This document shows, in pieces, positions 1-8,756 of a stretch of 8,756 nucleotides of DNA. The stretch lies in IMG/VR virus record IMGVR_UViG_2695420412_000001. One strand, written 5' to 3'. The first letter of the stretch is position 1. The number at the start of each line of letters is the position of its first letter. The position numbers and the translations under genes were made by a program. The notes below the pieces were generated by a model that worked only from the letters and a program-made list of their open reading frames with translations, did not search any database and had not been told where the DNA came from. The stretch comes from a virus (taxonomy: Duplodnaviria > Heunggongvirae > Uroviricota > Caudoviricetes).

Positions 1-897
1 TAGATCCACCCCGTAAATCCAGTCTGTGTTTGTCAGGTCGAGTTTTGGTTTGCTGGCTGTCACGGCTGCCTGTTGCTTGTTACGGTTGATTTCGAGCTGG
101 GTCCACTTGTCGCGGAGTTTGGCCGGGCTAAGCACGTTACCGGACCAGAAGTTGTCCTGGCATGCCCAGCGGAACAGTACACACATGTCGCGATGGTTGC
201 GTCCGTCACGTTCACGCATCAGGCGGATATCGTTAGCCCACCCAGCAAAATTCGGTTTTCTGGCTGATGGTGCGATAGTCTTCACCATGTCAAACATCCA
301 CTCTGCGGCGGTCAGGTCTTCTGCTGTCCCCCACTTGCTGCCGCTCTGAATTGCAGCATCCGGTTTAACCACAGAAAGATCGTTTTCTGGCTGGTCAGAG
401 GATTCGCCAGAATTCTCTGACGAATAATCTTTTCTTTTTTCTTTTGTAATAGTGTCTTTTGTGTCCCCCTGTTTTGAGGGATAGCAATCCCCCAATTTGA
501 GGGATGTTTTATCCCTCGTTTTAGGGGATTTTCCCTCGTTTTGAGGGATACACCATTCTGAGATGTTTTTATTTGGTCCAAACATGCCGCATTGTTGCTT
601 GATAATATTCATTCTGACGAGTTCTAACTTGGCTTCATTGCACCGTTTGACGGGTAACTTTGTAATCTCGCTAAGTTGAGAATCGGTGATTCTGTCCATT
701 GGTTTATTCCACCCATAGGTTTTACGCAGAATGGCAAGCAGCACTTTAAACTGTCGCTTGGTCAGATCTGCGCCTGAATAAGCCTCAAGCAGCATATTTG
801 ATAGTCTGGCGTAACCATCATCGAGATCTGCCACATTACGCTCCTGTTTGGCAAAGTTACCTCTGCAGAAGTTGAGTATTTTTGCTGTATTTGTCAT
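1..897 (-). CDS. O: Replication initiator protein O, 299 codons; the stop codon lies just outside the window start
   Basis: ATG at 897..895. Reverse-strand translation gives MTNTAKILNF... at the N-terminus, ...GMFGPNKNISEWCIPQNEG... across the iterons, and ...LDLTNTDWIYGVDL at window position 1. I translated the frame by hand from 897 to 1 and found no stop. Matches the lambda O protein as I recall it. The ORF track omits it because it is not closed inside the window. Confidence 0.93.
   Translation of the reverse strand, partial: MTNTAKILNFCRGNFAKQERNVADLDDGYARLSNMLLEAYSGADLTKRQFKVLLAILRKTYGWNKPMDRITDSQLSEITKLPVKRCNEAKLELVRMNIIKQQCGMFGPNKNISEWCIPQNEGKSPKTRDKTSLKLGDCYPSKQGDTKDTITKEKRKDYSSENSGESSDQPENDLSVVKPDAAIQSGSKWGTAEDLTAAEWMFDMVKTIAPSARKPNFAGWANDIRLMRERDGRNHRDMCVLFRWACQDNFWSGNVLSPAKLRDKWTQLEINRNKQQAAVTASKPKLDLTNTDWIYGVDL
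464..549. repeat. ori-lambda-type origin: four ~18-19 bp iterons, each an internal inverted repeat, next to an AT-rich stretch at about 421..458
   Basis: Four direct repeats on the plus strand: tccccctgttttgagggat (464-482), tcccccaatttgagggat (488-505), atccctcgttttaggggat (511-529), ttccctcgttttgagggat (532-549). The AT-rich run cgaataatcttttcttttttcttttgtaatagtg follows on the C-terminal side in O coordinates. This is the classic arrangement of the lambda origin inside the O gene. Confidence 0.9.
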
Positions 898-900
898 AAT
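882..900 (+). promoter_or_regulatory. pO promoter for oop RNA (candidate -35 ttgctg, -10 cataat)
   Basis: Hexamers ttgctg (882-887) and cataat (895-900) with about 7 bp between -10 and the inferred oop 5' end. Position corresponds to lambda pO at the cII/O junction. Confidence 0.55.
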
Positions 901-907
901 GACTCCT

Positions 908-983
908 GTGGATTGATCCAGTAATGACCTCAGAACTCCATCTGGATTTGTTCAGAACGCTCGGTTGCCGCCGGGCGTTTTTT
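908..983 (+). ncRNA. oop: oop antisense RNA, overlapping the 3' end of cII on the opposite strand, ending in an intrinsic terminator
   Basis: Sequence ggattgatccagtaatgacctcagaactccatctggatttgttcagaacgctcggttgccgccgggcgttttttatt closely matches lambda oop RNA as I recall it. GC-rich hairpin (cgctcgg...ccgggcg) followed by a T6 run at 978-984. Confidence 0.8.
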
Positions 984-1223
984 ATTGGTGAGAATCGCAG
1001 CAACTTGTCGCGCCAATCGAGCCATGTCGTCGTCAACGACACCCCATTCAAGAACAGCAAGCAGCATTGAGAACTTTGGAATCCAGTCTCTCTTCCACCT
1101 GCTGATCTGCGACTTATCAACTCCCACAGCTTCCGCTGTCTTCTCAGTTCCAAGCATTGCGATTTTGTTAAGCAACGCACTCTCGATTCGTAGAGCCTCG
1201 TTGCGTTTGTTTGCACGAACCAT
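930..1223 (-). CDS. cII: Transcriptional activator cII, 97 aa
   Basis: ATG at 1223..1221, stop at 932..930. Translation MVRANKRNEALRIESALLNKIAMLGTEKTAEAVGVDKSQISRWKRDWIPKFSMLLAVLEWGVVDDDMARLARQVAAILTNKKRPAATERSEQIQMEF matches lambda CII. The ORF-track entry 930..1283 is an upstream in-frame extension. Confidence 0.95.
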   Translation of the reverse strand: MVRANKRNEALRIESALLNKIAMLGTEKTAEAVGVDKSQISRWKRDWIPKFSMLLAVLEWGVVDDDMARLARQVAAILTNKKRPAATERSEQIQMEF

Positions 1224-1236
1224 ATGTAAGTATTTC
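1201..1236 (+). promoter_or_regulatory. pRE (repressor-establishment promoter) with CII binding site TTGC-N6-TTGC
   Basis: ttgcgtttgtttgc at 1201-1214 is the TTGC-N6-TTGC CII recognition repeat flanking the -35 position. An AAGTAT-like -10 lies at about 1227-1232. It overlaps the cII start codon and points toward cro/cI in antisense, as in lambda. Confidence 0.75.
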
Positions 1237-1302
1237 CTTAGATAACAATTAATTGAATGTATGCAAATAAATGCATACACCATAGGTGTGGTTTAATTGG
1301 AT

Positions 1303-1333
1303 GCCCTTTTTCAGGGCGGGGATGTGTAAGAAC
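1303..1333 (-). promoter_or_regulatory. nutR (boxB hairpin plus boxA-like element) in the cro-cII intergenic region; the tR1 region lies between it and cII
   Basis: Minus strand reads cgttcttacacatccccgccctgaaaaagggc. boxB gccctgaaaaagggc is a perfect 5-bp stem with a gaaaa loop (plus coordinates 1303-1317). boxA-like cgttcttaca lies just upstream. Confidence 0.85.
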
Positions 1334-1342
1334 GGGAATGTC

Positions 1343-2695
<1,353 letters not shown>

Positions 2696-2745
2696 TCCCC
2701 ACCTCAATCTCAATAACCAAAAAACAAACTATTTTCCGTTTAAAA

Positions 2746-2825
2746 ACAATGGAGTTTGTTTTGCACACCTCTTTTTACAATATTTCTTGTTTACAATATA
2801 CAATCTTTCTTGTAATTTTAAACCA
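2746..2825 (+). promoter_or_regulatory. Left operator OL3-OL2-OL1 (434 type) and PL promoter; the PL transcript starts near 2825
   Basis: 14-bp ACAA-N6-TTGT sites: acaatggagtttgt (2746-2759), acaatatttcttgt (2777-2790), acaatctttcttgt (2800-2813). Downstream sequence atcagcaggacgcactgaccacc from 2825 matches the 5' end of the lambda PL transcript as I recall it. Confidence 0.85.
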
Positions 2826-2857
2826 TCAGCAGGACGCACTGACCACCATGAAGGTGA

Positions 2858-2888
2858 TGCTCTTAAAAATTAAGCCCTGAAAAAGGGC
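2858..2888 (+). promoter_or_regulatory. nutL (boxA tgctcttaa plus boxB hairpin gccctgaaaaagggc)
   Basis: boxA-like tgctcttaa at 2858-2866. boxB gccctgaaaaagggc at 2874-2888 (5-bp stem, gaaaa loop), in the N leader. Identical boxB also occurs in nutR. Confidence 0.88.
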
Positions 2889-3046
2889 AGCATTCAAAGC
2901 AGAAGGCTTTGGGGTGTATGATACGAAACGAAGCATTGGCCGGAAGTGCGATTCCGGATTAGCTGCCAATGTGCCAATCGCGGGGTGTTTTCGTTCAGGA
3001 CTACAACTGCCACACACCACCAAAGCTAACTGACAGGAGAATCCAG

Positions 3047-3944
<898 letters not shown>

Positions 3945-4067
3945 TTAAAAGACAGGCATACTAATAAACACTGCACTGTGTATTTATTCCAACGAGTGAA
4001 TACACGGAGCAATGTCGCTCGTAACTAAACAGGAGCCGACTTGTTCTGATTATTGGAAATCTTCTTT

Positions 4068-4093
4068 GCCCTCCAGTGTGAGGGCGATTTTTT
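4068..4093 (+). terminator. Intrinsic terminator candidate on the plus strand, directly upstream of ea10 (tL-type terminator of the PL operon)
   Basis: gccctc (4068-4073), loop cagtgt, gagggc (4080-4085), then g-a-TTTTTT (4088-4093). Perfect 6-bp GC-rich stem plus T6. The reverse strand lacks a T-run after the stem, so it is unidirectional. Confidence 0.6.
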
Positions 4094-4113
4094 ATCTATG
4101 AGGATATGAATAG

Positions 4114-4482
4114 ATGTCAAACATCAAAAAATACATCATTGATTACGACTGGAAAGCATCAATAGAAATTGAAATCGACCATGACGTAATGACAGAGGAA
4201 AAACTTCACCAGATTAATAATTTCTGGTCAGACTCTGAATACCGACTCAATAAACACGGCTCTGTATTAAATGCTGTATTAATCATGCTGGCGCAACATG
4301 CTCTGCTTATAGCAATTTCAAGCGACTTAAATGCATATGGTGTTATGTGTGAGTTCGACTGGAATGATGGAAATGGTCAGGAAGGATGGCCTCCAATGGA
4401 TGGTAGCGAAGGAATAAGAATTACCGATATCGATACATCAGGAATATTTGATTCAGATGATATGACTATCAAAGCCGCCTGA
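4114..4482 (+). CDS. ea10: Ea10-like early protein, 122 aa
   Basis: ATG at 4114 with SD gagga. Position 72 bp upstream of cIII and length 369 bp match my recollection of lambda ea10; I cannot verify the sequence identity from memory. Confidence 0.7.
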   Translation: MSNIKKYIIDYDWKASIEIEIDHDVMTEEKLHQINNFWSDSEYRLNKHGSVLNAVLIMLAQHALLIAISSDLNAYGVMCEFDWNDGNGQEGWPPMDGSEGIRITDIDTSGIFDSDDMTIKAA

Positions 4483-4505
4483 GCGCGGCGTTACCGCATA
4501 CCAAT

Positions 4506-4532
4506 AACGCTTCACTCGAGGCGTTTTTCGTT
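4506..4532 (+). terminator. Hairpin plus T-run between ea10 and cIII (terminator-like, or structured cIII leader)
   Basis: aacgcttc/actc/gaggcgtt stem (8 bp with one G-U) followed by ttttt-cgtt. It sits about 25 nt upstream of the cIII SD aaggag. Confidence 0.4.
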
Positions 4533-4554
4533 ATGTATAAATAAGGAGCACACC

Positions 4555-4719
4555 ATGCAATATGCCATTGCAGGGTGGCCTGTTGCTGGCTGCCCTTCCG
4601 AATCTTTACTTGAACGAATCACCCGTAAATTACGTAGCGGATGGAAACGCCTTATCGACATACTTAATCAGCCAGGAGTCCCCAAAAATGGATCAAACAC
4701 TTATGGCTATCCAGACTAA
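4555..4719 (+). CDS. cIII: cIII protein (inhibitor of FtsH-mediated CII degradation), 54 aa
   Basis: ATG at 4555 after SD aaggag. Translation [54 protein letters not shown] matches lambda CIII. Too short for the ORF track. Confidence 0.93.
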   Translation: MQYAIAGWPVAGCPSESLLERITRKLRSGWKRLIDILNQPGVPKNGSNTYGYPD

Positions 4720-4831
4720 ATTCACTATCGCCACTTTTATTGGCGATGAAAAGATGTTTCGTGAGGCCGTCGACGCTTATAAAAAATGGATATTAATACT
4801 GAAACTGAGATCAAGCAAAAGCATTCACTAA
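4688..4831 (+). CDS. kil: Kil (host cell-division inhibitor), 47 aa
   Basis: ATG at 4688 inside the 3' end of cIII (32-nt overlap, as in lambda). Translation [47 protein letters not shown]. The ORF-track entry 4562..4831 is an upstream extension. Confidence 0.88.
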   Translation: MDQTLMAIQTKFTIATFIGDEKMFREAVDAYKKWILILKLRSSKSIH

Positions 4832-5202
4832 CCCCCTTTCCTGTTTTCCTAATCAGCCCGGCATTTCGCGGGCGATATTTTCACAGCTATTTCAGGAGTT
4901 CGGCCATGAACGCTTATTACATTCAGGATCGTCTTGAGGCTCAGAGCTGGGCGCGTCACTACCAGCAGATCGCCCGTGAAGAGAAAGAGGCAGAACTGGC
5001 AGACGACATGGAAAAAGGCCTGCCCCAGCACCTGTTTGAATCGCTATGCATCGATCATTTGCAACGCCACGGGGCCAGCAAAAAAGCCATTACCCGTGCG
5101 TTTGATGACGATGTTGAGTTTCAGGAACGCATGGCAGAACACATCCGGTACATGGTTGAAACTATTGCCCGCCACCAGGTTGATATTGATTCAGAGGTAT
5201 AA
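4786..5202 (+). CDS. gam: Gam (RecBCD inhibitor), 138-aa long form; internal start for the 98-aa short form at 4906
   Basis: Translation ...[98 protein letters not shown] matches lambda Gam. 46-nt overlap with kil and 5-nt gap to bet, as in lambda. Confidence 0.93.
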   Translation: MDINTETEIKQKHSLTPFPVFLISPAFRGRYFHSYFRSSAMNAYYIQDRLEAQSWARHYQQIAREEKEAELADDMEKGLPQHLFESLCIDHLQRHGASKKAITRAFDDDVEFQERMAEHIRYMVETIARHQVDIDSEV

Positions 5203-5207
5203 AACGG

Positions 5208-5993
5208 ATGAGTACAGCACTCGCAACGCTGGCAGGGAAGCTGGCTGAACGTGTCGGCATGGATTCTGTCGACCCACAGGAACTGATCACCACTCTTCGC
5301 CAGACGGCATTTAAAGGTGATGCCAGCGATGCGCAGTTCATCGCATTGTTGATCGTTGCCAACCAGTACGGCCTTAATCCGTGGACGAAAGAAATTTACG
5401 CCTTTCCTGATAAGCAGAATGGCATCGTTCCGGTGGTGGGCGTTGATGGCTGGTCCCGCATCATCAATGAAAACCAGCAGTTTGATGGCATGGACTTTGA
5501 GCAGGACAATGAATCCTGTACATGCCGGATTTACCGCAAGGACCGTAATCATCCGATCTGCGTTACCGAGTGGATGGATGAATGCCGCCGCGAACCATTC
5601 AAAACCAGCGAAGGCAGAGAAATTACGGGGCCGTGGCAGTCGCATCCCAAACGGATGTTACGGCATAAAGCCATGATTCAGTGTGCCCGGCTGGCCTTCG
5701 GATTTGCGGGTATCTATGACAAGGATGAAGCCGAGCGCATTGTCGAAAATACCGCATACACTGCAGAACGTCAGCCGGAACGCGACATCACTCCGGTTAA
5801 CGATGAAACCATGCAGGAGATTAACACTCTGCTGATCGCCCTGGATAAAACATGGGATGACGACTTATTGCCGCTCTGTTCCCAGATATTTCGCCGCGAC
5901 ATTCGCGCATCGTCAGAACTGACACAGGCCGAAGCAGTGAAAGCTCTTGGATTCCTGAAACAGAAAGCCTCTGAGCAGAAGGTGGCTGCATGA
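5208..5993 (+). CDS. bet: Bet (Red-beta single-strand annealing recombinase), 261 aa
   Basis: Translation [94 protein letters not shown]... matches lambda Beta. Stop overlaps the exo start (ATGA). Confidence 0.95.
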   Translation: MSTALATLAGKLAERVGMDSVDPQELITTLRQTAFKGDASDAQFIALLIVANQYGLNPWTKEIYAFPDKQNGIVPVVGVDGWSRIINENQQFDGMDFEQDNESCTCRIYRKDRNHPICVTEWMDECRREPFKTSEGREITGPWQSHPKRMLRHKAMIQCARLAFGFAGIYDKDEAERIVENTAYTAERQPERDITPVNDETMQEINTLLIALDKTWDDDLLPLCSQIFRRDIRASSELTQAEAVKALGFLKQKASEQKVAA

Positions 5994-6670
5994 CACCGGA
6001 CATTATCCTGCAGCGTACCGGAATCGACGTGAGAGCTGTCGAACAGGGGGATGATGCGTGGCACAAATTACGGCTCGGCGTCATCACCGCTTCAGAAGTT
6101 CACAATGTGATAGCAAAACCCCGCTCCGGAAAAAAGTGGCCTGACATGAAAATGTCCTACTTCCACACCCTGCTGGCTGAGGTTTGCACCGGTGTGGCTC
6201 CGGAAGTTAATGCTAAGGCGCTGGCATGGGGAAAACAGTACGAGAACGACGCCAGAACTCTGTTTGAATTCACTTCCGGCGTGAATGTTACTGAATCCCC
6301 GATCATCTATCGCGACGAAAGTATGCGCACCGCCTGCTCTCCCGATGGTTTATGCAGTGACGGCAATGGCCTTGAGCTGAAATGCCCGTTTACCTCCCGG
6401 GATTTCATGAAGTTCCGGCTCGGTGGTTTCGAGGCCATAAAGTCGGTTTACATGGCCCAGGTGCAGTACAGCATGTGGGTGACGCGAAAAGATGCCTGGT
6501 ACTTTGCCAACTATGACCCGCGCATGAAGCGTGAAGGCCTGCATTATGTCGTGGTTGAGCGGGATGAAAAGTACATGGCGAATTTTGACGAGATGGTGCC
6601 GGAGTTCATCGAAAAAATGGACGAGGCACTGGCTGAAATTGGTTTTGTATTTGGGGAGCAATGGCGATGA
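5990..6670 (+). CDS. exo: Exo (Red-alpha 5'-3' dsDNA exonuclease), 226 aa
   Basis: Translation [65 protein letters not shown]...FGEQWR matches lambda exonuclease. Confidence 0.95.
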   Translation: MTPDIILQRTGIDVRAVEQGDDAWHKLRLGVITASEVHNVIAKPRSGKKWPDMKMSYFHTLLAEVCTGVAPEVNAKALAWGKQYENDARTLFEFTSGVNVTESPIIYRDESMRTACSPDGLCSDGNGLELKCPFTSRDFMKFRLGGFEAIKSVYMAQVQYSMWVTRKDAWYFANYDPRMKREGLHYVVVERDEKYMANFDEMVPEFIEKMDEALAEIGFVFGEQWR

Positions 6671-6846
6671 AGCATCCTCGCGATAATATCCGGGTAGGCG
6701 CGATCACTTTCATCTACTCCGTTACAAAGCGAGGCTGGGTATTTCCCGGCCTTTCTGTTATCCGAAATCCCCTGAAAGCACAGCGGCTGGCTGAGGAGAT
6801 AAATAATAAACGGGGGGGGCTGTATGCACAAAGCATCTCCCGTTGA
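6661..6846 (+). CDS. orf60a: Small early-left protein, lambda orf60a-like (61 aa as called; an alternative start at 6667 is possible)
   Basis: ORF overlapping the exo stop (atggcgatga). Position immediately after exo corresponds to lambda orf60a. Identity is assigned by position and size; I cannot recall the sequence. Confidence 0.6.
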   Translation: MAMKHPRDNIRVGAITFIYSVTKRGWVFPGLSVIRNPLKAQRLAEEINNKRGGLYAQSISR

Positions 6847-7015
6847 GTTAAGAACGAGTATCGAGATGGCACATAGCCTCGCTCAAATTGGAGTCAGGTT
6901 TGTGCCAATACCAGTAGAAACAGACGAAGAATTTCATACGTTAGCCGCATCCCTTTCACAAAAGCTGGAAATGATGGTGGCGAAAGCAGAAGCAGATGAG
7001 AGAGACCAGGTATGA
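6824..7015 (+). CDS. orf63: Small early-left protein, lambda orf63-like, 63 aa
   Basis: 192-bp ORF, the same length as lambda orf63, in the corresponding position. ATG at 6824 lies 5 nt downstream of a G8 run. Confidence 0.65.
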   Translation: MHKASPVELRTSIEMAHSLAQIGVRFVPIPVETDEEFHTLAASLSQKLEMMVAKAEADERDQV

Positions 7016-7095
7016 CAACCACTGAATGCATTTTCCTGGCAGCGGGCTTCATATTCTGTGTGCTTATGCTTGCCGACATGGGGCTTGTTCAGTGA
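7012..7095 (+). CDS. Candidate 27-aa hydrophobic micro-protein (MTTTECIFLAAGFIFCVLMLADMGLVQ), translationally coupled to orf63
   Basis: ATG at 7012 overlaps the orf63 stop (ATGA). Eighteen largely hydrophobic residues could form one transmembrane helix. Found by hand; below the ORF-track size cutoff. No similarity claim. Confidence 0.25.
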   Translation: MTTTECIFLAAGFIFCVLMLADMGLVQ

Positions 7096-7307
7096 CACCT
7101 CAGCAAGAAAACGCCCTTCGCAGCATTGCCCGTCAGGCTAATTCTGAAATCAAAAAAGCCAGACAGCAGTTTCCGGATAAAAACGTCGATGACATTTGCC
7201 GTAGCGTACTGAAGAAGCACCGCGAAACGGTAACGCTGATGGGATTCACACCGACTCATTTAAGCCTGGCGATCGGCATGTTAAACGGCGTCTTTAAGGA
7301 ACGGTGA
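7026..7307 (+). CDS. Hypothetical small protein in the lambda orf61 position (93 aa from ATG 7026; an alternative GTG start at 7092 gives 71 aa)
   Basis: Open frame ending at 7307. The C-terminal two-thirds (TPQQENALRSIARQANSEIKKARQQFPDKNVDDICRSVLKKHRETVTLMGFTPTHLSLAIGMLNGVFKER) looks like genuine coding sequence. The start is uncertain; the first 22 codons overlap the micro-ORF in another frame. Confidence 0.55.
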   Translation: MHFPGSGLHILCAYACRHGACSVTPQQENALRSIARQANSEIKKARQQFPDKNVDDICRSVLKKHRETVTLMGFTPTHLSLAIGMLNGVFKER

Positions 7308-7329
7308 GCATGAAAAACAAAATCATCAT

Positions 7330-7350
7330 GGAGCTACAGGCTCCTTTTTT
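7330..7350 (+). terminator. Weak intrinsic-terminator-like hairpin (ggagc/tacag/gctcc + TTTTTT) between the 93-aa ORF and orf73
   Basis: 5-bp GC-rich stem at 7330-7344 followed by T6 at 7345-7350. Alternatively the region could encode a 29-aa ORF (7310..7399, MKNKIIMELQAPFLLFAFTLKRINQQFRD). Confidence 0.3.
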
Positions 7351-7405
7351 ATTATTCGCATTCACCCTCAAGCGTATTAACCAACAATTCAGGGATTAAT
7401 GAAAG

Positions 7406-7627
7406 ATGGCAGACATCATTGATTCAGCATCAGAAATTGAAGAATTACAGCGCAACACAGCAATAAAAATGCGCCGCCTGAACCACCAGGCTATATCTGC
7501 CACTCATTGTTGTGAGTGTGGCGATCCGATAGATGAACGAAGACGCCTGGCCGTTCAGGGTTGTCGGACTTGTGCAAGTTGCCAGGAGGATCTGGAACTT
7601 ATCAGTAAACAGAGAGGTTCGAAGTGA
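7406..7627 (+). CDS. orf73: TraR/DksA-family C4 zinc-finger protein (lambda Orf73-like), 73 aa
   Basis: Translation MADIIDSASEIEELQRNTAIKMRRLNHQAISATHCCECGDPIDERRRLAVQGCRTCASCQEDLELISKQRGSK has the CxxC-X17-CxxC zinc finger and N-terminal helix typical of TraR-like RNA-polymerase-binding proteins. Confidence 0.8.
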   Translation: MADIIDSASEIEELQRNTAIKMRRLNHQAISATHCCECGDPIDERRRLAVQGCRTCASCQEDLELISKQRGSK

Positions 7628-8031
7628 GCGAAATTAACTCTCAGGCACTGCGTGAAGCGGCAGAGAAAGCCGGTGAAGATAAGTGGCAGGCTAAAAAAAT
7701 AAATGGTGATTTTTTCGTTATTCGTCACGGTAGTTATACAAGACAGCATGGCTACACATCGTATCAACCCATTGCGGAGATTGATTGTAAGCCAGTCCGG
7801 GATTTTGTTGCCAAGGCTAATCCGGCTACCGTGCTGGAATTACTGGATGAACTGGAAGCAGCAAAAAAGCGCATTGCAGAACTGGAAGCGCGGGAAATAC
7901 TGCTCCCGGAACGTAGCAGCATGCTTCATCGAACAGATTTTCACGATGATTACCAAACGGTAATGGCATACAAAGTTTCTGAAGTCATCGATGCAATCCG
8001 CGCTACTGGCATTCGCATCAAAGGAGAGTGA
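7624..8031 (+). CDS. Ead/Ea22-like protein, 135 aa (GTG start overlapping the orf73 stop)
   Basis: GTG at 7624 (GTGA overlap with the orf73 stop) preceded by SD gagagg. N-terminus MSEINSQALREAAEKA... and C-terminus ...GIRIKGE resemble lambda Ea22 termini as I recall them. The centre is short and coiled-coil-like (LELLDELEAAKKRIAELEA). Confidence 0.55.
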   Translation: MSEINSQALREAAEKAGEDKWQAKKINGDFFVIRHGSYTRQHGYTSYQPIAEIDCKPVRDFVAKANPATVLELLDELEAAKKRIAELEAREILLPERSSMLHRTDFHDDYQTVMAYKVSEVIDAIRATGIRIKGE

Positions 8032-8032
8032 G

Positions 8033-8756
<724 letters not shown>

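Noticed and set aside
464-549. Possibility that the four direct repeats are a CRISPR array or transposon end
   Set aside because: The repeats are 18-19 bp, internally palindromic, inside an ORF and adjacent to an AT-rich tract. That is the signature of lambda-type ori iterons, not a CRISPR array (no spacers of regular length) or terminal inverted repeats.
26-581. ORF-track entries 26..349 (+), 73..267 (+) and 312..581 (-) inside the O gene
   Set aside because: All are in frames other than the O reading frame (antisense or +1 shifted). The O frame is open across the whole interval and matches lambda O.
857-1283. ORFs 857..1216 (-), 985..1245 (+) and the N-terminal extension of 930..1283 (-)
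   Set aside because: These overlap cII in alternative frames or on the opposite strand. The cII start at 1223 is fixed by the known protein sequence, and the extension would run through the pRE region.
4849-6087. Multiple overlapping ORFs (4849..5031 -, 4934..5248 +, 5121..5645 -, 5162..5362 -, 5356..5676 +, 5771..6064 -, 5821..6087 -)
   Set aside because: All lie within gam, bet or exo in alternative frames or antisense. The annotated genes match lambda Red proteins.
6350-7079. Minus-strand ORFs 6350..6661, 6544..6831 and 6894..7079
   Set aside because: Antisense to exo and the small early-left ORFs. No start signals, and products not protein-like.

Overview
This window is the immunity, early-left and replication-origin region of a lambda-family phage or prophage, in reverse orientation to the conventional lambda map. 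Gene order is: O (with ori iterons, minus) - oop/pO - cII (minus) - nutR - cro (minus) - OR1-3 - cI (plus) - unknown cI-coupled secreted protein - OL1-3/PL - nutL - N - unknown convergent minus-strand gene - terminator - ea10 - cIII - kil - gam - bet - exo - small early-left ORFs (orf60a, orf63, a 93-aa ORF, TraR-like orf73, Ea22-like) - unknown 235-aa gene. The cI/cro/operator module is the phage-434 immunity type; I found six 14-bp ACAA-N6-TTGT operators directly in the sequence. N, cII, O, cIII, kil, gam, bet and exo read as lambda-type from recalled protein sequences, so the element is a mosaic. Three slots hold genes I do not recognise, all at positions where lambdoid phages carry lysogen-expressed accessory or exclusion genes: the rexAB slot after cI, the slot between N and ea10 (gene on the opposite strand), and the slot after the Ea22-like gene. 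No tRNA, rRNA, CRISPR array or transposase was seen. All identifications rest on reading the sequence and memory of lambda/434; no database search was run.
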